The notes beneath the pieces were generated by a model. It was not told the DNA's origin. It saw only the letters and a list, made by a program, of their open reading frames with translations, and ran no database searches. From Bacillota bacterium (lineage in GTDB: Bacteria; Bacillota; Bacilli; Alicyclobacillales; SLC66): a stretch of DNA of 52,123 nucleotides. This document shows, piece after piece, positions 1-10,101 of this stretch. The stretch spans positions 1-52,123 of the forward strand of contig JAJZCL010000001.1 in assembly GCA_021846165.1 (NCBI GenBank), in the 5' to 3' direction. The stretch's first letter is position 1. Each line of letters opens with the position of its first letter. The translations under genes and the position numbers were made by a program.

Positions 1-699
1 CCGCATGCGTTGTTCCACCATCGCAAGCTGCACCCGATCATTGACGTTGGCGATATCCTCCGCATCTCTCATCATGATCGGCAGCACCCTGCCCCCCGCC
101 GCGCGAATGTGGGCGACACAATCGGTCAATAAATACTCCTCTTGCGCGTTATCCGACGTCATTTTCGGGAGAGCCTGGAGTAGTTCCGCCGTCTGAAAAG
201 CGTAAATTCCGCTGTTCACCTCGCAGATTGCCTTGACTTCATCATCCGCATCCTTTTCCTCGACAATGCGATCCACGTCACCAGCAGGGTCGCGCACGAT
301 CCGCCCGTATGCGTAGGGATTGTCCACATGCGCCGTTAAGACCGTCGTCGCCCCGTTCGTTTCTGCCGCATCAACCAGCCGCAGTATGTCGTGACGGGAG
401 AGGAGCGGACTGTCCCCATATAATACCACCGTCAATGCGTCTGACGACAATTGGGGAATCGCTTGCATCACCGCGTGACCGGTTCCGAGCTGCTCGGTTT
501 GGCGCACGTAAACGACAGTATCCCCAAGCACGGCGCGTACCTGCTCTTCCAGCTTTCCCACCACCACCACCGTGCGCACAAACCCAACCGCCCGCATCTC
601 ATCCACAATGTGGGCAATCATGGGCTTCCCGCACACTTCATGCACCACCTTGTGACGGCGCGACTTCATTCGCTTACCCAGTCCCGCCGCCAAGATCAC
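1..699 (-). CDS. glmU: GlmU (bifunctional UDP-GlcNAc pyrophosphorylase / GlcN-1-P acetyltransferase), N-terminal part; the 3' end runs off the window
   Basis: Absent from the ORF track because the frame is open to the window edge. Reverse translation from GTG at 699 (GGAGAG 7 nt upstream) reads VILAAGLGKRMKSRRHKVVHEVCGKPMIAHIVDEMRAVGFVRTVVVVGKLEEQ, which contains the LAAGxGxRMKS nucleotidyltransferase signature. It lies downstream of spoVG, as in Bacillus. Confidence 0.8.
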   Translation of the reverse strand, partial: MILAAGLGKRMKSRRHKVVHEVCGKPMIAHIVDEMRAVGFVRTVVVVGKLEEQVRAVLGDTVVYVRQTEQLGTGHAVMQAIPQLSSDALTVVLYGDSPLLSRHDILRLVDAAETNGATTVLTAHVDNPYAYGRIVRDPAGDVDRIVEEKDADDEVKAICEVNSGIYAFQTAELLQALPKMTSDNAQEEYLLTDCVAHIRAAGGRVLPIMMRDAEDIANVNDRVQLAMVEQRMR

Positions 700-807
700 C
701 GCTATTCTCTCCGTAACGGTCGCCCTCCCAACGATGATTTCCGACCTCCATATGAAAACCACTTGCATTCTATCACATCTATGTGCAGTCTTACACGATT
801 CGACACA

Positions 808-840
808 CATAAATAACCGCCCAAACTCATTTGGGCGGTT
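808..840 (-). terminator. Intrinsic terminator downstream of spoVG
   Basis: Stem aaccgccca (815-823) pairs with tgggcggtt (832-840). On the minus strand it is followed by UUAUUUAU. Confidence 0.65.
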
Positions 841-859
841 CATGTATTCCATTAATGCG

Positions 860-1141
860 CTACTCTTCAGCCACTTTCGATACCGACTCATTCTCCCGTA
901 AGTATTCCTGCAAGACGGCATCCTGTATCTTTTGCCGCGTGCTGGAAGTAATGGGGTGGGCAATATCGCGAAATTCGCCATCTGGGGTTCGTTTGCTTGG
1001 CATCGCGACAAACATGCCCGAATTGCCGTCAATGACCCGAATATCGTGGACGACAAACTCGTTGTCGAAAGTAATCGAAGCTATGGCCTTCATTCTTCCT
1101 TCAGTGGTGACTTTCCGTAAGCGTACGTCAGTAATATTCAC
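860..1141 (-). CDS. spoVG: Septation/sporulation protein SpoVG
   Basis: 93-aa ORF starting [39 protein letters not shown], the typical SpoVG N-terminus. Synteny with ridA and purR supports the call. Confidence 0.95.
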   Translation of the reverse strand: MNITDVRLRKVTTEGRMKAIASITFDNEFVVHDIRVIDGNSGMFVAMPSKRTPDGEFRDIAHPITSSTRQKIQDAVLQEYLRENESVSKVAEE

Positions 1142-1248
1142 CCCTGCTCACCGCCCTGCGATCAAAGTTCTGTCATTGGGTACGTATTCCACATTCTTGT
1201 GGATAAATCCTTCTTCGCAGAGTCTAAAAAGTCAAAATTTTATGTTGC

Positions 1249-1629
1249 TTACAATTGTGCGATCACTTCGATCTCCACTTTGGCGTCGCGCGGTAGCCGT
1301 GCCACTTGCACCGTCGAACGAGCCGGGCGGTGTTCGCCAAAAAACTCGGCATATACCTTGTTGATCGTCTCAAAATCCGCCAAGTCCGACACGAATACCG
1401 TCGCTTTGACCACCCTAGCCGACGTCGCGCCCGCTGCCTGCAAAATCGCGTTCAGGTTCGCAAACACTTGCCGCGCTTGCGCTTCGGCATCACCCGTCAC
1501 CATTTGCCCGTCTGGAGTCAACGGAATTTGTCCAGACGTATAAAGCAAATCCCCCACCCGCACCGCCTGCGAGTACGGGCCGATCGCCGCCGGTGCGGCG
1601 TTGGTATGCAAAACCTTGATTTCTTCCAT
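1249..1629 (-). CDS. ridA: RidA/YabJ family reactive-intermediate deaminase
   Basis: Contains [12 protein letters not shown]...GQIPL..G, the YjgF/RidA motif. I prefer the ATG at 1629 (GGGGGG RBS 6-7 nt upstream) over the track start at 1647, which overlaps purR. Confidence 0.9.
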   Translation of the reverse strand: MEEIKVLHTNAAPAAIGPYSQAVRVGDLLYTSGQIPLTPDGQMVTGDAEAQARQVFANLNAILQAAGATSARVVKATVFVSDLADFETINKVYAEFFGEHRPARSTVQVARLPRDAKVEIEVIAQL

Positions 1630-1643
1630 GTCAAACCCCCCGT

Positions 1644-2453
1644 TCAAGAATAATAATTGCCCGGCTCAATCACCACTCGCCTGATTGCCTCATCCATGTG
1701 CGCCAGCGAAAACAGAGAAATATAATCTGACACGAGCTTGTCCTCCGGTTCCGCCGTTTCCATAAAGATCCCGACCCCCACGACGAGCGCGTCAAATTCG
1801 CCCATCAGTCCCTTCATCGCCTTGACGGTTCCTCCCGCTTTCATAAAGTCGTCGACGATCAAAACCTTCGCTCCCTGTTTCAAAGTTCGACGGGAAAGTG
1901 ACATCGTCTGAATCCGACGGTCAGATCCAGACACGTAATTCACACTGACCGATGAGCCTTCAGTCACGCGGTGATCCCGGCGCGCGATCAGAAACGGGCA
2001 ATTGAGCGCCTGCGACGTCACCACTGCTAAAGGGATTCCCTTGGTTTCCACCGTCAACACCACGTCCGGCGCTTCCCCGGCAAACCGTTGCGCAAAAAGC
2101 ACACCTACCTTGCGCAACACATCCGGCTCGGCGAGCAGGTCGCTCATATACAAGTAGCCACCGGGCAGAATACGATCCCCGTGGCTCAATCTCTCGATGG
2201 CGTTGTTGACAAAACGATCCGCATCCGCCTCTGCAATCCCAGGTTGGTAAATCACCCCGCCCATGGCACCCGTTTGCGTGAACAGCCTGCCATCGCCATC
2301 CGCCTCCACCACCGCCCTGATGATGGCAAGGTCTTCGCTTAACGACGACTTGGCCGCATCATACTCTTCGGCCATTTCCGTCAACGACAACGGTTGACCG
2401 GGATGATCCAGCAACTGACGCGTCAGGCGTACAATCCGCTCACTCCTGCGCAT
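1644..2453 (-). CDS. purR: Purine operon repressor PurR
   Basis: 269 aa with an N-terminal [20 protein letters not shown] winged helix and a C-terminal PRTase fold ([13 protein letters not shown]). Conserved position between ispE and yabJ. Confidence 0.93.
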   Translation of the reverse strand: MRRSERIVRLTRQLLDHPGQPLSLTEMAEEYDAAKSSLSEDLAIIRAVVEADGDGRLFTQTGAMGGVIYQPGIAEADADRFVNNAIERLSHGDRILPGGYLYMSDLLAEPDVLRKVGVLFAQRFAGEAPDVVLTVETKGIPLAVVTSQALNCPFLIARRDHRVTEGSSVSVNYVSGSDRRIQTMSLSRRTLKQGAKVLIVDDFMKAGGTVKAMKGLMGEFDALVVGVGIFMETAEPEDKLVSDYISLFSLAHMDEAIRRVVIEPGNYYS

Positions 2454-2543
2454 CCGCCGTGCTCCTCTCTATCCGTCCAGTCCAAATCTAAACCCGACTA
2501 TAACACTCCTAGAATTGCCACCGCAACCGAATGTTTAAGCGAT

Positions 2544-3413
2544 TTAGCACGTTTGGCAGAGAAACAATTCCTTTATCGCCGGACGCAGGCTGTTGAACGC
2601 TTTTTTTGCTTTTTGCTCTTTATCCGTAAGCCCAAAAACAGTCGGACCGCTCCCCGACATCAAACTGACCGTCATTCCCAGTCTGGCAAACTGATCCTTA
2701 ATCCGATCAATTTCCGGAAACCGCTGCAAGGTCACCGTTTCCAGCACGTTGCCCGCCGCTTCGGCCACTTGCTGCAACGAACCGCTTTGCAGCGCGGCGA
2801 TCATTGCGTGCGCACGCGGGTGATTGGTTACCTCGTCCAACTTCAAATCAGCGTAAATCTCCGCCGTGGAAACGGCAACAGGGGGTTTGGCCAGCAATAC
2901 CCAATACGCAGGTTGGAGCGGCAACGGTTCTACCCACTCGCCGCGACCGCGCACCAGCGCCGTTCCGCCATACACGCAGAACGGCACATCAGAACCCACG
3001 CGCGCGCCAATCGCGCTGATCTCCGACAAAGGCAGATCAAGTTGCCAAAGTCGGTTTAGCCCCCGCAACACCGCCGCCGCATTGGAGGATCCCCCCGCCA
3101 ATCCAGCCGCCACCGGGATGCGCTTGTCAATGTCGATGTGTACCCCTTCCTTGATCCCGCACACTTGACGCATCACCTGCGCCGCTTTATACGCCAGATT
3201 GCGCTCGTCTACAGGAAGAAAAGGGGTATTGATCGTCAGCGACACCCCTGCTTCGTCGCGTGGAAACAGCGTAATATAGTCGCTCAGATCGACCGTCTGC
3301 ATGATCGATTCCAGTTCGTGATACCCATCGTTCCGCTTGTGACGAACATCGAGGGAGAGGTTGATCTTAGCCCTGGCTCGTTCATAAATCACGCCCACAC
3401 CCCCTTGTTCCAT
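2544..3413 (-). CDS. ispE: 4-diphosphocytidyl-2-C-methyl-D-erythritol kinase
   Basis: Contains AKINLSLDV..KR.DGYHELESIMQTVDL and the GHMP kinase motif PVAAGLAGGSSNAAA. The start codon is uncertain by a few codons. Confidence 0.92.
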   Translation of the reverse strand: MEQGGVGVIYERARAKINLSLDVRHKRNDGYHELESIMQTVDLSDYITLFPRDEAGVSLTINTPFLPVDERNLAYKAAQVMRQVCGIKEGVHIDIDKRIPVAAGLAGGSSNAAAVLRGLNRLWQLDLPLSEISAIGARVGSDVPFCVYGGTALVRGRGEWVEPLPLQPAYWVLLAKPPVAVSTAEIYADLKLDEVTNHPRAHAMIAALQSGSLQQVAEAAGNVLETVTLQRFPEIDRIKDQFARLGMTVSLMSGSGPTVFGLTDKEQKAKKAFNSLRPAIKELFLCQTC

Positions 3414-3443
3414 ATTACATGAAAACTGTACAAAATAGCACGA

Positions 3444-3468
3444 AATCCCCGCAATGTTCGCGGGGATT
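3444..3468 (-). terminator. Hairpin between cphA and ispE (possible weak terminator)
   Basis: aatccccgc (3444-3452) pairs with gcggggatt (3460-3468). The U-tract after the stem on the minus strand is interrupted (UCGUGCUAUUUUG), so function is uncertain. Confidence 0.4.
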
Positions 3469-3487
3469 GCAAAAAACTTTCGTCACG

Positions 3488-6124
3488 TCAGCGAACCTGA
3501 ATCAACTCCTGCTGAACTTGCGACAGATCCACCTCACGGCCACCGCGCTGTTCAATCAAATCGACCAGCGGCTGCAATTTTTCAAAAAACGCCACCAGTA
3601 CGCCTGCGTGATCAAAGTTGTCAAGCGCGTAGGCGAGTGCCTTACGTTCATTCAACACTTGCACGACGGACGTTTCTTTACGAACGCTGACCACGGCACA
3701 CTCGATCAGGTTTGCCACTTCGCCCGGCTGCCGCCCGCGCAAATCCGCGTCTTCTTTAATGACTAGCGGCGAAAAGTAGCGAGCCGCCATTCTGGCAGCG
3801 GCGGCGATGACCTTGTCGTCGCGGTCGCCGGGGTACCCGATGACCGCTGGCGTCATGCTCCGACTCCACCTTTGCACCATTTCTCCAATCGCCTTCATGC
3901 CGTCTTCATTGTGTCCATAGTCGAGGATCACTTTGAGTCCTGACGGCAATTCATACATCTGAACGCGTCCAGGGTTATGAGCAAACGGCTGAAAACTCCC
4001 CACCGCCGTCCTGCACGCGGATCTCGACACCCCAAGCTGCCTCGCGGCGGCAATCGCGCACAGCAAGTTGGCCACATGAAAATGCGCCGTTCCCTGTATG
4101 GTTAAGGGAATCTCGTCGATTTTTGCGATTGGCCACAGCAACGCGCCAGCGCCCTCGACCAGCCAACCATTGTGCTGGAAAAAAGCCTGTCCGCCAGCCG
4201 CCAAATGCTTTTTGATCACGGGCGAGTTTTCGTCCGTACCAATCCAGACGATGCGCACCTTAAAGCGCGGCGCCAGTTTGACCAGTTCCGCATCGTCCGC
4301 ATTCAACACGATGACACCGCTGTCGCGCACGCGTTCCGCAACGAGCGACTTGACATGCGCGATATCTTGCACCGTCGCAAGACCATCCTGCCCGATGTGA
4401 TCCCCCGTAATGTTCGTCAGCACCGCCACGTCCGCCCACTCATACCCTAGCCCCTCGCGCTGGATGCCGCCGCGGGCGGTTTCCAGCACCGCCACGTCCA
4501 CGGCGGGGTCTGACAACACCATATGGGCGCTTTTTGGCCCCGATGCGTCGCCCGCCCACACCAGATCAGCGCCGACGTACACGCCATCGGTCGTCGTCAT
4601 ACCGACCACCTTGTACACTTTTTGCAAAATGTGACGGAGCAAGCGCGTCGTCGTGGTTTTGCCGTTGGTGCCTGTGATGCTGACGATCGGCACATGCGTG
4701 GTACTGCCCAAGGGAAAGAGCGCCTCAATGATGGCGTCGCCAGCCGCCTGCGGTTCGCCGAAACTAGGGTAGTGGTGCATGCGAATGCCTGGCGCCGCAT
4801 TCACCTCGATGATGGTGGCGGGATCGGTGCCGTTGCCGATGTCGCGCACGATCATGTCGACGCCGCAAACGTCGAGTCCCACCACGGCTGCCGCTTTTTC
4901 TGCGGCGTGCGCATGAACGGAGTGCGTGCGTGCGGTGACGTCGATCGCGGTTCCGCCTGTACTCAAGTTGGCGCTGTCCCGCAGCATGACGACTTCACCT
5001 GCCGCCGGAATCTGATCCAGCGTCCGATTTTTTCTGGCGAGAAAGCGCAAAACGAACTCGTCAACCGGAATTTTCGTGAGCGGTTTCTCGTGATCATCGC
5101 CGCGCTTGGGATCGCGGTTCGCCGCGTCGACAAGTTCTTGCACCGTGTGTTCCCCATCGCCTACGACGTGCGCAGGCACGCGCTCTGACGCGGCGACGAA
5201 CCGCCCGTTCACAATCAGCAGGCGATACTGCTTCCCTTCCACCTGCTCTTCCATCACCACCTGTTGGGAAACCGTCCGGGCAAACTCATACGCCGCCCGC
5301 AGGTGAGTTTCGTCATCCAGTTCCAGCGTGATCCCTTGCCCCTGACAGCCGTTAATCGGCTTCACGACAACCGGCCTTTGCAGTTCGTGAAATAACGCGT
5401 GCGCCGCTGCGTACGAACTCGCCGTGCCTCCCTTTGGAACCCTCATCCCCACACCCTGCAACAGCAGCTTCGTCAATTCTTTATCGCTGGCAATGTCAAC
5501 GCCGATCGCCGAAGTCTGACTGGTCAGCGTAGCTTGAATCAACTTGCGGTACTTACCCGTTCCTAGCTGCACCAGGCTGCGCTGACCAATCCGCCGCACG
5601 GGAATCTGCCTGCGCCGCGCCGCCTCGACGATCGCCCTCGTGCTTGGTCCGAGATCCACTTCCGCCTGAATTTTCTGCACCCTTGACAACTCACCCGCTA
5701 CGTCGAACGCCCGCTTCTCTAACAGTGATTCGATTAGGTGAATGGCGATCGGGACCAGCAGCGGCGCCACGTACTTTGACTCCATTTCCATGACCACATC
5801 GTACAAATTCGGCGCGCTTGACACCCTCGTTCTGCCATACCGCACCTCATACCCGAGCCTATGTTCAAGTTCCAGCACTACGTGTTCGACGATATGGCCA
5901 AAGTACGTACCGCCACGCAAGCGTTCAACAAACCCGCCCGATCGCCCTAACCCGCAGTAGTGCGTGGCGATCCCGGGCAACTGCTCTAGTAAGCTGTCCA
6001 CAAATCCGGGAAATTGATGGCTTTCGCGTCCTGTCAAGTCTTCAAGATCCAGCTTCATCGCCAACACCGGTCGATGCAAGTACACGTTTGGCCCTTCCAA
6101 TAGACGCATTTCCGTCACTTTCAC
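3488..6124 (-). CDS. cphA: Cyanophycin synthetase CphA
   Basis: 878 aa. The N-terminal region MKVTEMRLLEGPNVY...GGFVERL.GGTY.GH..EHV.LEL is typical of CphA. A central ATP-grasp is followed by a C-terminal Mur-ligase module with the P-loop ITGTNGKTTT. It overlaps cphB by 4 nt. Confidence 0.93.
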   Translation of the reverse strand: MKVTEMRLLEGPNVYLHRPVLAMKLDLEDLTGRESHQFPGFVDSLLEQLPGIATHYCGLGRSGGFVERLRGGTYFGHIVEHVVLELEHRLGYEVRYGRTRVSSAPNLYDVVMEMESKYVAPLLVPIAIHLIESLLEKRAFDVAGELSRVQKIQAEVDLGPSTRAIVEAARRRQIPVRRIGQRSLVQLGTGKYRKLIQATLTSQTSAIGVDIASDKELTKLLLQGVGMRVPKGGTASSYAAAHALFHELQRPVVVKPINGCQGQGITLELDDETHLRAAYEFARTVSQQVVMEEQVEGKQYRLLIVNGRFVAASERVPAHVVGDGEHTVQELVDAANRDPKRGDDHEKPLTKIPVDEFVLRFLARKNRTLDQIPAAGEVVMLRDSANLSTGGTAIDVTARTHSVHAHAAEKAAAVVGLDVCGVDMIVRDIGNGTDPATIIEVNAAPGIRMHHYPSFGEPQAAGDAIIEALFPLGSTTHVPIVSITGTNGKTTTTRLLRHILQKVYKVVGMTTTDGVYVGADLVWAGDASGPKSAHMVLSDPAVDVAVLETARGGIQREGLGYEWADVAVLTNITGDHIGQDGLATVQDIAHVKSLVAERVRDSGVIVLNADDAELVKLAPRFKVRIVWIGTDENSPVIKKHLAAGGQAFFQHNGWLVEGAGALLWPIAKIDEIPLTIQGTAHFHVANLLCAIAAARQLGVSRSACRTAVGSFQPFAHNPGRVQMYELPSGLKVILDYGHNEDGMKAIGEMVQRWSRSMTPAVIGYPGDRDDKVIAAAARMAARYFSPLVIKEDADLRGRQPGEVANLIECAVVSVRKETSVVQVLNERKALAYALDNFDHAGVLVAFFEKLQPLVDLIEQRGGREVDLSQVQQELIQVR

Positions 6125-6945
6125 AGGAGTTCACCCCTCGTGAGGCGTTCTACGTCAGGCTGCCGCTCTCGAAGCATAAAGTGGTACCCTGTCGGCAATA
6201 CGTGCAGTTTTACCCCATACAGCGCCATCGGGTCGTTTTTTTTTAAGTGATCGATATTAGAAAAAAGCAGTGCCCCCGCGTCTACAATCACCACCGCGCC
6301 CCGACCGATAACGCGCAACTCATTGTCCTCGACAATCACCGCCGTGTCCTCGTCAATCCCCAGTCCTAGGTGATGCGGGTACATTGCGACCGCCGTGAGC
6401 AGTCTGCCCAGCCTGCCCCTTTGCGCAAAGTGCTGATCGATCACCACCCCGTCGATAAACTCCATCCCCGGCGCCATCGTCACGATGCCCAACCTCGGGT
6501 TGGTATCCCCACTGCCGTCGACGATCATCGTGCTACTCATCATCGAAGCCCCGGCACTCGTCCCCCCCAGCGCCAGTCCCTCATTGTGGCGCGTGTGCAA
6601 CACTGCGTCAACTTTGGTGCCACCCAGTAATTCGGTAATGCGGATTTGTTCTCCGCCTGTAAAAAAAACGCCTGTCGCTTCTGCAATCGCTTTACAGGCG
6701 CTTTCCCTGTTGGCCGCCTGTCGCGACGACACGTCGAACGTGCGCACATCCTCGACATTGAGGCGTCCGAAGGCATCGATGTACTCGGCGCCAACCTCGA
6801 CAGGCAGCTTGGTGGCCACCGTCATCACAACGACGCGCGCGTGCGTTCCGCCCGCAAGGCGAACGAACTCCCGCAAGATCGACATGTCCTCATGCTTGTC
6901 TTCCGCGCCGCCCACGATGACGAGGGGACCCTTGTGTCCGCTCAT
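6121..6945 (-). CDS. cphB: Cyanophycinase CphB (peptidase S51)
   Basis: Contains VIVGGAEDK..., FFTGGEQ, and GGTSAGAS around the nucleophile serine. The track start at 6981 is a TTG sitting on the sspF terminator; I prefer the ATG at 6945. Confidence 0.9.
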   Translation of the reverse strand: MSGHKGPLVIVGGAEDKHEDMSILREFVRLAGGTHARVVVMTVATKLPVEVGAEYIDAFGRLNVEDVRTFDVSSRQAANRESACKAIAEATGVFFTGGEQIRITELLGGTKVDAVLHTRHNEGLALGGTSAGASMMSSTMIVDGSGDTNPRLGIVTMAPGMEFIDGVVIDQHFAQRGRLGRLLTAVAMYPHHLGLGIDEDTAVIVEDNELRVIGRGAVVIVDAGALLFSNIDHLKKNDPMALYGVKLHVLPTGYHFMLRERQPDVERLTRGELL

Positions 6946-6977
6946 GATTGTTAACCAACCTCCAAGGATTTCACGAT

Positions 6978-7002
6978 TCAAAAGAGGCGGCCTTGGCCGC
7001 CT
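6978..7002 (-). terminator. Intrinsic terminator of the sspF-like gene
   Basis: On the minus strand: AGGCGGC-CAAG-GCCGCCU followed by CUUUUG, 19 nt after the sspF stop. Confidence 0.7.
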
Positions 7003-7020
7003 GGTCGCAACTCTCTCCGT

Positions 7021-7212
7021 TTAATGCAACGATCCGTTCGGTCGGTTGGCTAAGGCCTCCTCCGCGATCTCAATCGCGCGCTTGACCATGTTCCCGGCAT
7101 CGCGCGTGGTGATTCCTCCCCAACCCTCACGCATGAGAGTGGGGTAGAAGCCCAATTCTTTGGCCAATTCATACTTGAGCGCGTCCGACATCATACTCCG
7201 CCTTCGCCCCAT
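7021..7212 (-). CDS. sspF: Alpha/beta-type small acid-soluble spore protein
   Basis: [22 protein letters not shown]...[20 protein letters not shown] matches the SASP alpha/beta signature. ATG at 7212 has a GGGGG RBS. Position next to veg as in B. subtilis. Confidence 0.88.
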   Translation of the reverse strand: MGRRRSMMSDALKYELAKELGFYPTLMREGWGGITTRDAGNMVKRAIEIAEEALANRPNGSLH

Positions 7213-7374
7213 GATCGAAACCCCCTTCGAGAAATTGCGTTCCTGTTGTATCATGCCCCCCCAAAAATTCGCTTATGCCAAAATCAAAAGGCCGCCCTCC
7301 GCCACACTGGCAGAAGACAGCCTAAAAAACACAAAAGGTCTGAATCAATTCACTTCACATTGCTGATGGTTCGA

Positions 7375-7653
7375 TCAATCTGCGGCGCTACCGACTCGAA
7401 ACTGTTCGTCTTCTCGCAACACCAACAGTTCAACCGTTTCCGTTAAGACGTCGGCATAACTGTAGGAAACCCGCTTAAAGGAATTCGACGCTTGATCCAA
7501 CTTGATCACAAATACAGAGGGATAGGTTTCCTCCAGGACACCGGTCCGCTCTACCGTTTTGCGGCGCCCACCATTAGCCCGCAATAAAATCTTCTCCCCT
7601 ACAAGGGTTTCGAGATTGCGCCGAATATCCTGCAAAGCGTTCTTTGCAGTCAC
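7375..7653 (-). CDS. veg: Veg (biofilm/sporulation-associated small protein)
   Basis: [53 protein letters not shown] is nearly collinear with B. subtilis Veg. I prefer GTG at 7653 (AGAGG 8 nt upstream); the track start is 7662. Confidence 0.9.
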   Translation of the reverse strand: MTAKNALQDIRRNLETLVGEKILLRANGGRRKTVERTGVLEETYPSVFVIKLDQASNSFKRVSYSYADVLTETVELLVLREDEQFRVGSAAD

Positions 7654-7678
7654 CCACTCCACCTCTTTTCACTAATGG

Positions 7679-7746
7679 AGTGTAACACAAGCATAGTCCG
7701 TTGTCAAGAACGTGATATTATATCAGTGTATCTTTCATCTTGTCAA
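7679..7746 (-). promoter_or_regulatory. Tandem sigma-A-type promoters upstream of veg
   Basis: On the minus strand: TTGACA (7746-7741), 18 nt, TATAAT (7722-7717); and TTGACA (7707-7702), 17 nt, TACACT (7684-7679). Confidence 0.55.
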
Positions 7747-7753
7747 CACACTT

Positions 7754-8617
7754 TCAATAACGCGACCTCGGCAGGCCAATTCTGTACTTGCCGCGCGACT
7801 CAATACCGCCCAGTCCCTCCCTGCCGGTGATGGTCGATTGGACGACCTCGTAAATGTCGATGGTTTCCTGAATCGGGGTAAATGCGATTTTTTCCGCCAC
7901 CAGCACGGGGTCTAGGGCGTGAATCAAAATCCGATCGGGGGAACTCGCAAAATTCGCGCCCGCTTCCAGCAGTGCTTCAAAGTGAGATTGGCAGGCGCCG
8001 GCAAAAATAAACAACTCGTCACGACTGCGCTCATACCGCCTGGCGGCGCGCACCGCTTGCACGTAGTGATTGGAGTGTCGATATTGATCCATACGCAGCA
8101 TCTCTTGATGTTTCCCGTTACGCACCACGCTGTCATGACCCGTAATGACAAGGATATCCGGTTCGTACTCTTCCAGCAGTTTGGGCATAAAGCGCACCAT
8201 ATCCGCCTCCGGAATGTTTTTTCCCACCGCGCGAATGTCTAATTTCTGGTAAGTGTGCAGGCATTTCTCAAGGTATTGACCATCCCCGTCAAGGTGCAAA
8301 ACGCGCCCCGGCATCTCAAAAAAATCATCCAATTGCCGCTTTTGCCCCATGCGATGATCGGATTTTGCTTTTCCCAGTTGGCGACGAATCTGGATCTGGC
8401 GCAAGGACTCGTTTTCCAATTTGGCTTGCGCTAGGCGGTAAGTCATCATCTCATCCTTGCCGACGACCTCCAAATCGTCAAGCGGCGCATCGGCAATCAG
8501 TCGGACATCAAGCCCCTTGAGGGTTGCGGTGCCTGACTCTACATCGACAACATCCACCACAAACCAAACGTCCTTGCCATACGACTTTCTGACCACAAGA
8601 TCTCCTGATTTCCACAT
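7754..8617 (-). CDS. yabG: Sporulation-specific peptidase YabG
   Basis: GDLVVRKSYGKDVWF...ILVITGHD...HFEALLEAGANFASSP is typical of peptidase U57/YabG. ATG at 8617 has a GGAGG RBS. Syntenic with veg. Confidence 0.9.
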   Translation of the reverse strand: MWKSGDLVVRKSYGKDVWFVVDVVDVESGTATLKGLDVRLIADAPLDDLEVVGKDEMMTYRLAQAKLENESLRQIQIRRQLGKAKSDHRMGQKRQLDDFFEMPGRVLHLDGDGQYLEKCLHTYQKLDIRAVGKNIPEADMVRFMPKLLEEYEPDILVITGHDSVVRNGKHQEMLRMDQYRHSNHYVQAVRAARRYERSRDELFIFAGACQSHFEALLEAGANFASSPDRILIHALDPVLVAEKIAFTPIQETIDIYEVVQSTITGREGLGGIESRGKYRIGLPRSRY

Positions 8618-8703
8618 GCCAGAGCCTCCATCGACAGTCGCGCGTTCAGCCATCAGCTTATGTGCGATCGCCTATGGAGGTGACGGAAGCGATTCGTTTT
8701 GCC

Positions 8704-9183
8704 CTAAAACTTCGTATACCGATCCGCCACTTTAGAGGCGCCGAACGAATCGGGTTTGATACGGGCGGTATACCCGCTCTGCGTGATCCAGCCCGTTATC
8801 TCTTTGATGAGCGTTCTCGTTTCTCCTTCTTCGCCGATGTCGAGGTGAATCTCGATGGGCAGGTGATTCCCTCGCTTGCCCATCTCCATCTCAAGTTGCT
8901 GCACGACCTCCAACGCATAAGAGGCCTCCATAAAAATCCTTTGCTTAAACGAGAGTGTTTTTTTGTAGGGGCGTTTGAGAAAATAAAACCGCGCACCTTT
9001 CCCCACCCTGTGAATGACGATCGCCGTCACAAACAAGGCAAAGTGGTGCGCGGTGCGCGGTTGCGAATCGGATCCGACAATCAACCGGTACGTTCCGTCC
9101 GGGGCTTCTTCACAAAATCGCATGATATCGAGCGCCACGTCTTCCAGTGACATGGCTCCCTTTGTGGGACTGACAAACTGCAT
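8704..9183 (-). CDS. YkuK/DUF458 family RNase-H-like protein
   Basis: 159 aa: MQFVSPTKG.MSLEDV...YRLIVGSDSQ...IHLDIG, the DUF458 pattern. Confidence 0.7.
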   Translation of the reverse strand: MQFVSPTKGAMSLEDVALDIMRFCEEAPDGTYRLIVGSDSQPRTAHHFALFVTAIVIHRVGKGARFYFLKRPYKKTLSFKQRIFMEASYALEVVQQLEMEMGKRGNHLPIEIHLDIGEEGETRTLIKEITGWITQSGYTARIKPDSFGASKVADRYTKF

Positions 9184-9207
9184 ACGACCTCACCGCCTAT
9201 TGGTTGG

Positions 9208-10101
9208 TCAGTCGCCGTCCTGAACAGCTTGATGCAGCGCGTGCGCCAGTGCGGCGAACTCCCGAATCGACAGCGTCTCGCCACGGCGCGACGGATCGAT
9301 CCCTGCTAATTTTACCCATTCTGTTAAAGAACCTTTCGACAAATTGTGAAATTCCCCTGCGAGTGCGTTGTTCAGTGTTTTTCGCCGCTGCGCAAACGCC
9401 CCTTTTACAACTCTAAAGAAGGTTTGGCGATCAACGCCTTGCGCGTCCGGGTGCGGCCTGATTCGTATCGAAACGACAGCCGAATCGACGCCCGGATTCG
9501 GCAGGAACGATGATGCGGGCACCGTCTGCAGCAAACGCGGCTCCCCATAGTACTGCACCGCCACGCTAAGCGCCCCGTACGTCTTGCCGCCCGGTGGTGA
9601 CGTCATCCGCTCGGCCACCTCTTTTTGCACCATCAACACCATCTTCTCAATCGGAAGCATGGCTTCCAGCACCATCATGACGATGGGCGTGGTGATGTAA
9701 TACGGCAAGTTCGCGACGAATCGATAGTCCCACACTCCCGAATCAGTTGCAAATAATGCAGGGTAATCGAATTGAAGCGCGTCTGCGGCGATGACCTCAA
9801 CCTGCGGATATGGACGCATGGTTTCGCGCAGTAGCGGCAGGAGGCGGCGGTCTTTTTCCAGCGCCACAACCTTCTCAAACCCAGCCTCCACAAGCGCCTG
9901 CGTAAGCGTGCCGACGCCAGGGCCAATCTCCAGTGCGGCAAGGCGTTTGCCGCTTTTTGCGTCAGACCTCGCCTCTTCCACAATAGCATGCAACACGCGC
10001 CCGTCAATTAAGAAATTTTGGCCGTATTGTTTTTTTAGCGTAAAGCCGTGCGCACGCAGGAGTTCTTTGACGACGGACGGTTGATAAAGCGGGGCGGTCA
10101 C
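9208..10101 (-). CDS. rsmA: 16S rRNA (adenine1518/1519-N6)-dimethyltransferase RsmA/KsgA
   Basis: KKQYGQNFLID, the SAM motif LEIGPGVGTLT, and NLPYYITTPI. Confidence 0.95.
   Translation of the reverse strand: MTAPLYQPSVVKELLRAHGFTLKKQYGQNFLIDGRVLHAIVEEARSDAKSGKRLAALEIGPGVGTLTQALVEAGFEKVVALEKDRRLLPLLRETMRPYPQVEVIAADALQFDYPALFATDSGVWDYRFVANLPYYITTPIVMMVLEAMLPIEKMVLMVQKEVAERMTSPPGGKTYGALSVAVQYYGEPRLLQTVPASSFLPNPGVDSAVVSIRIRPHPDAQGVDRQTFFRVVKGAFAQRRKTLNNALAGEFHNLSKGSLTEWVKLAGIDPSRRGETLSIREFAALAHALHQAVQDGD

Noticed and set aside
309-816. Plus-strand ORFs 309..716 and 451..816 (Pro/Arg/His-rich)
   Set aside because: They are antisense shadows of the glmU coding region. Their composition is low-complexity and typical of wrong-frame translation of GC-rich genes.
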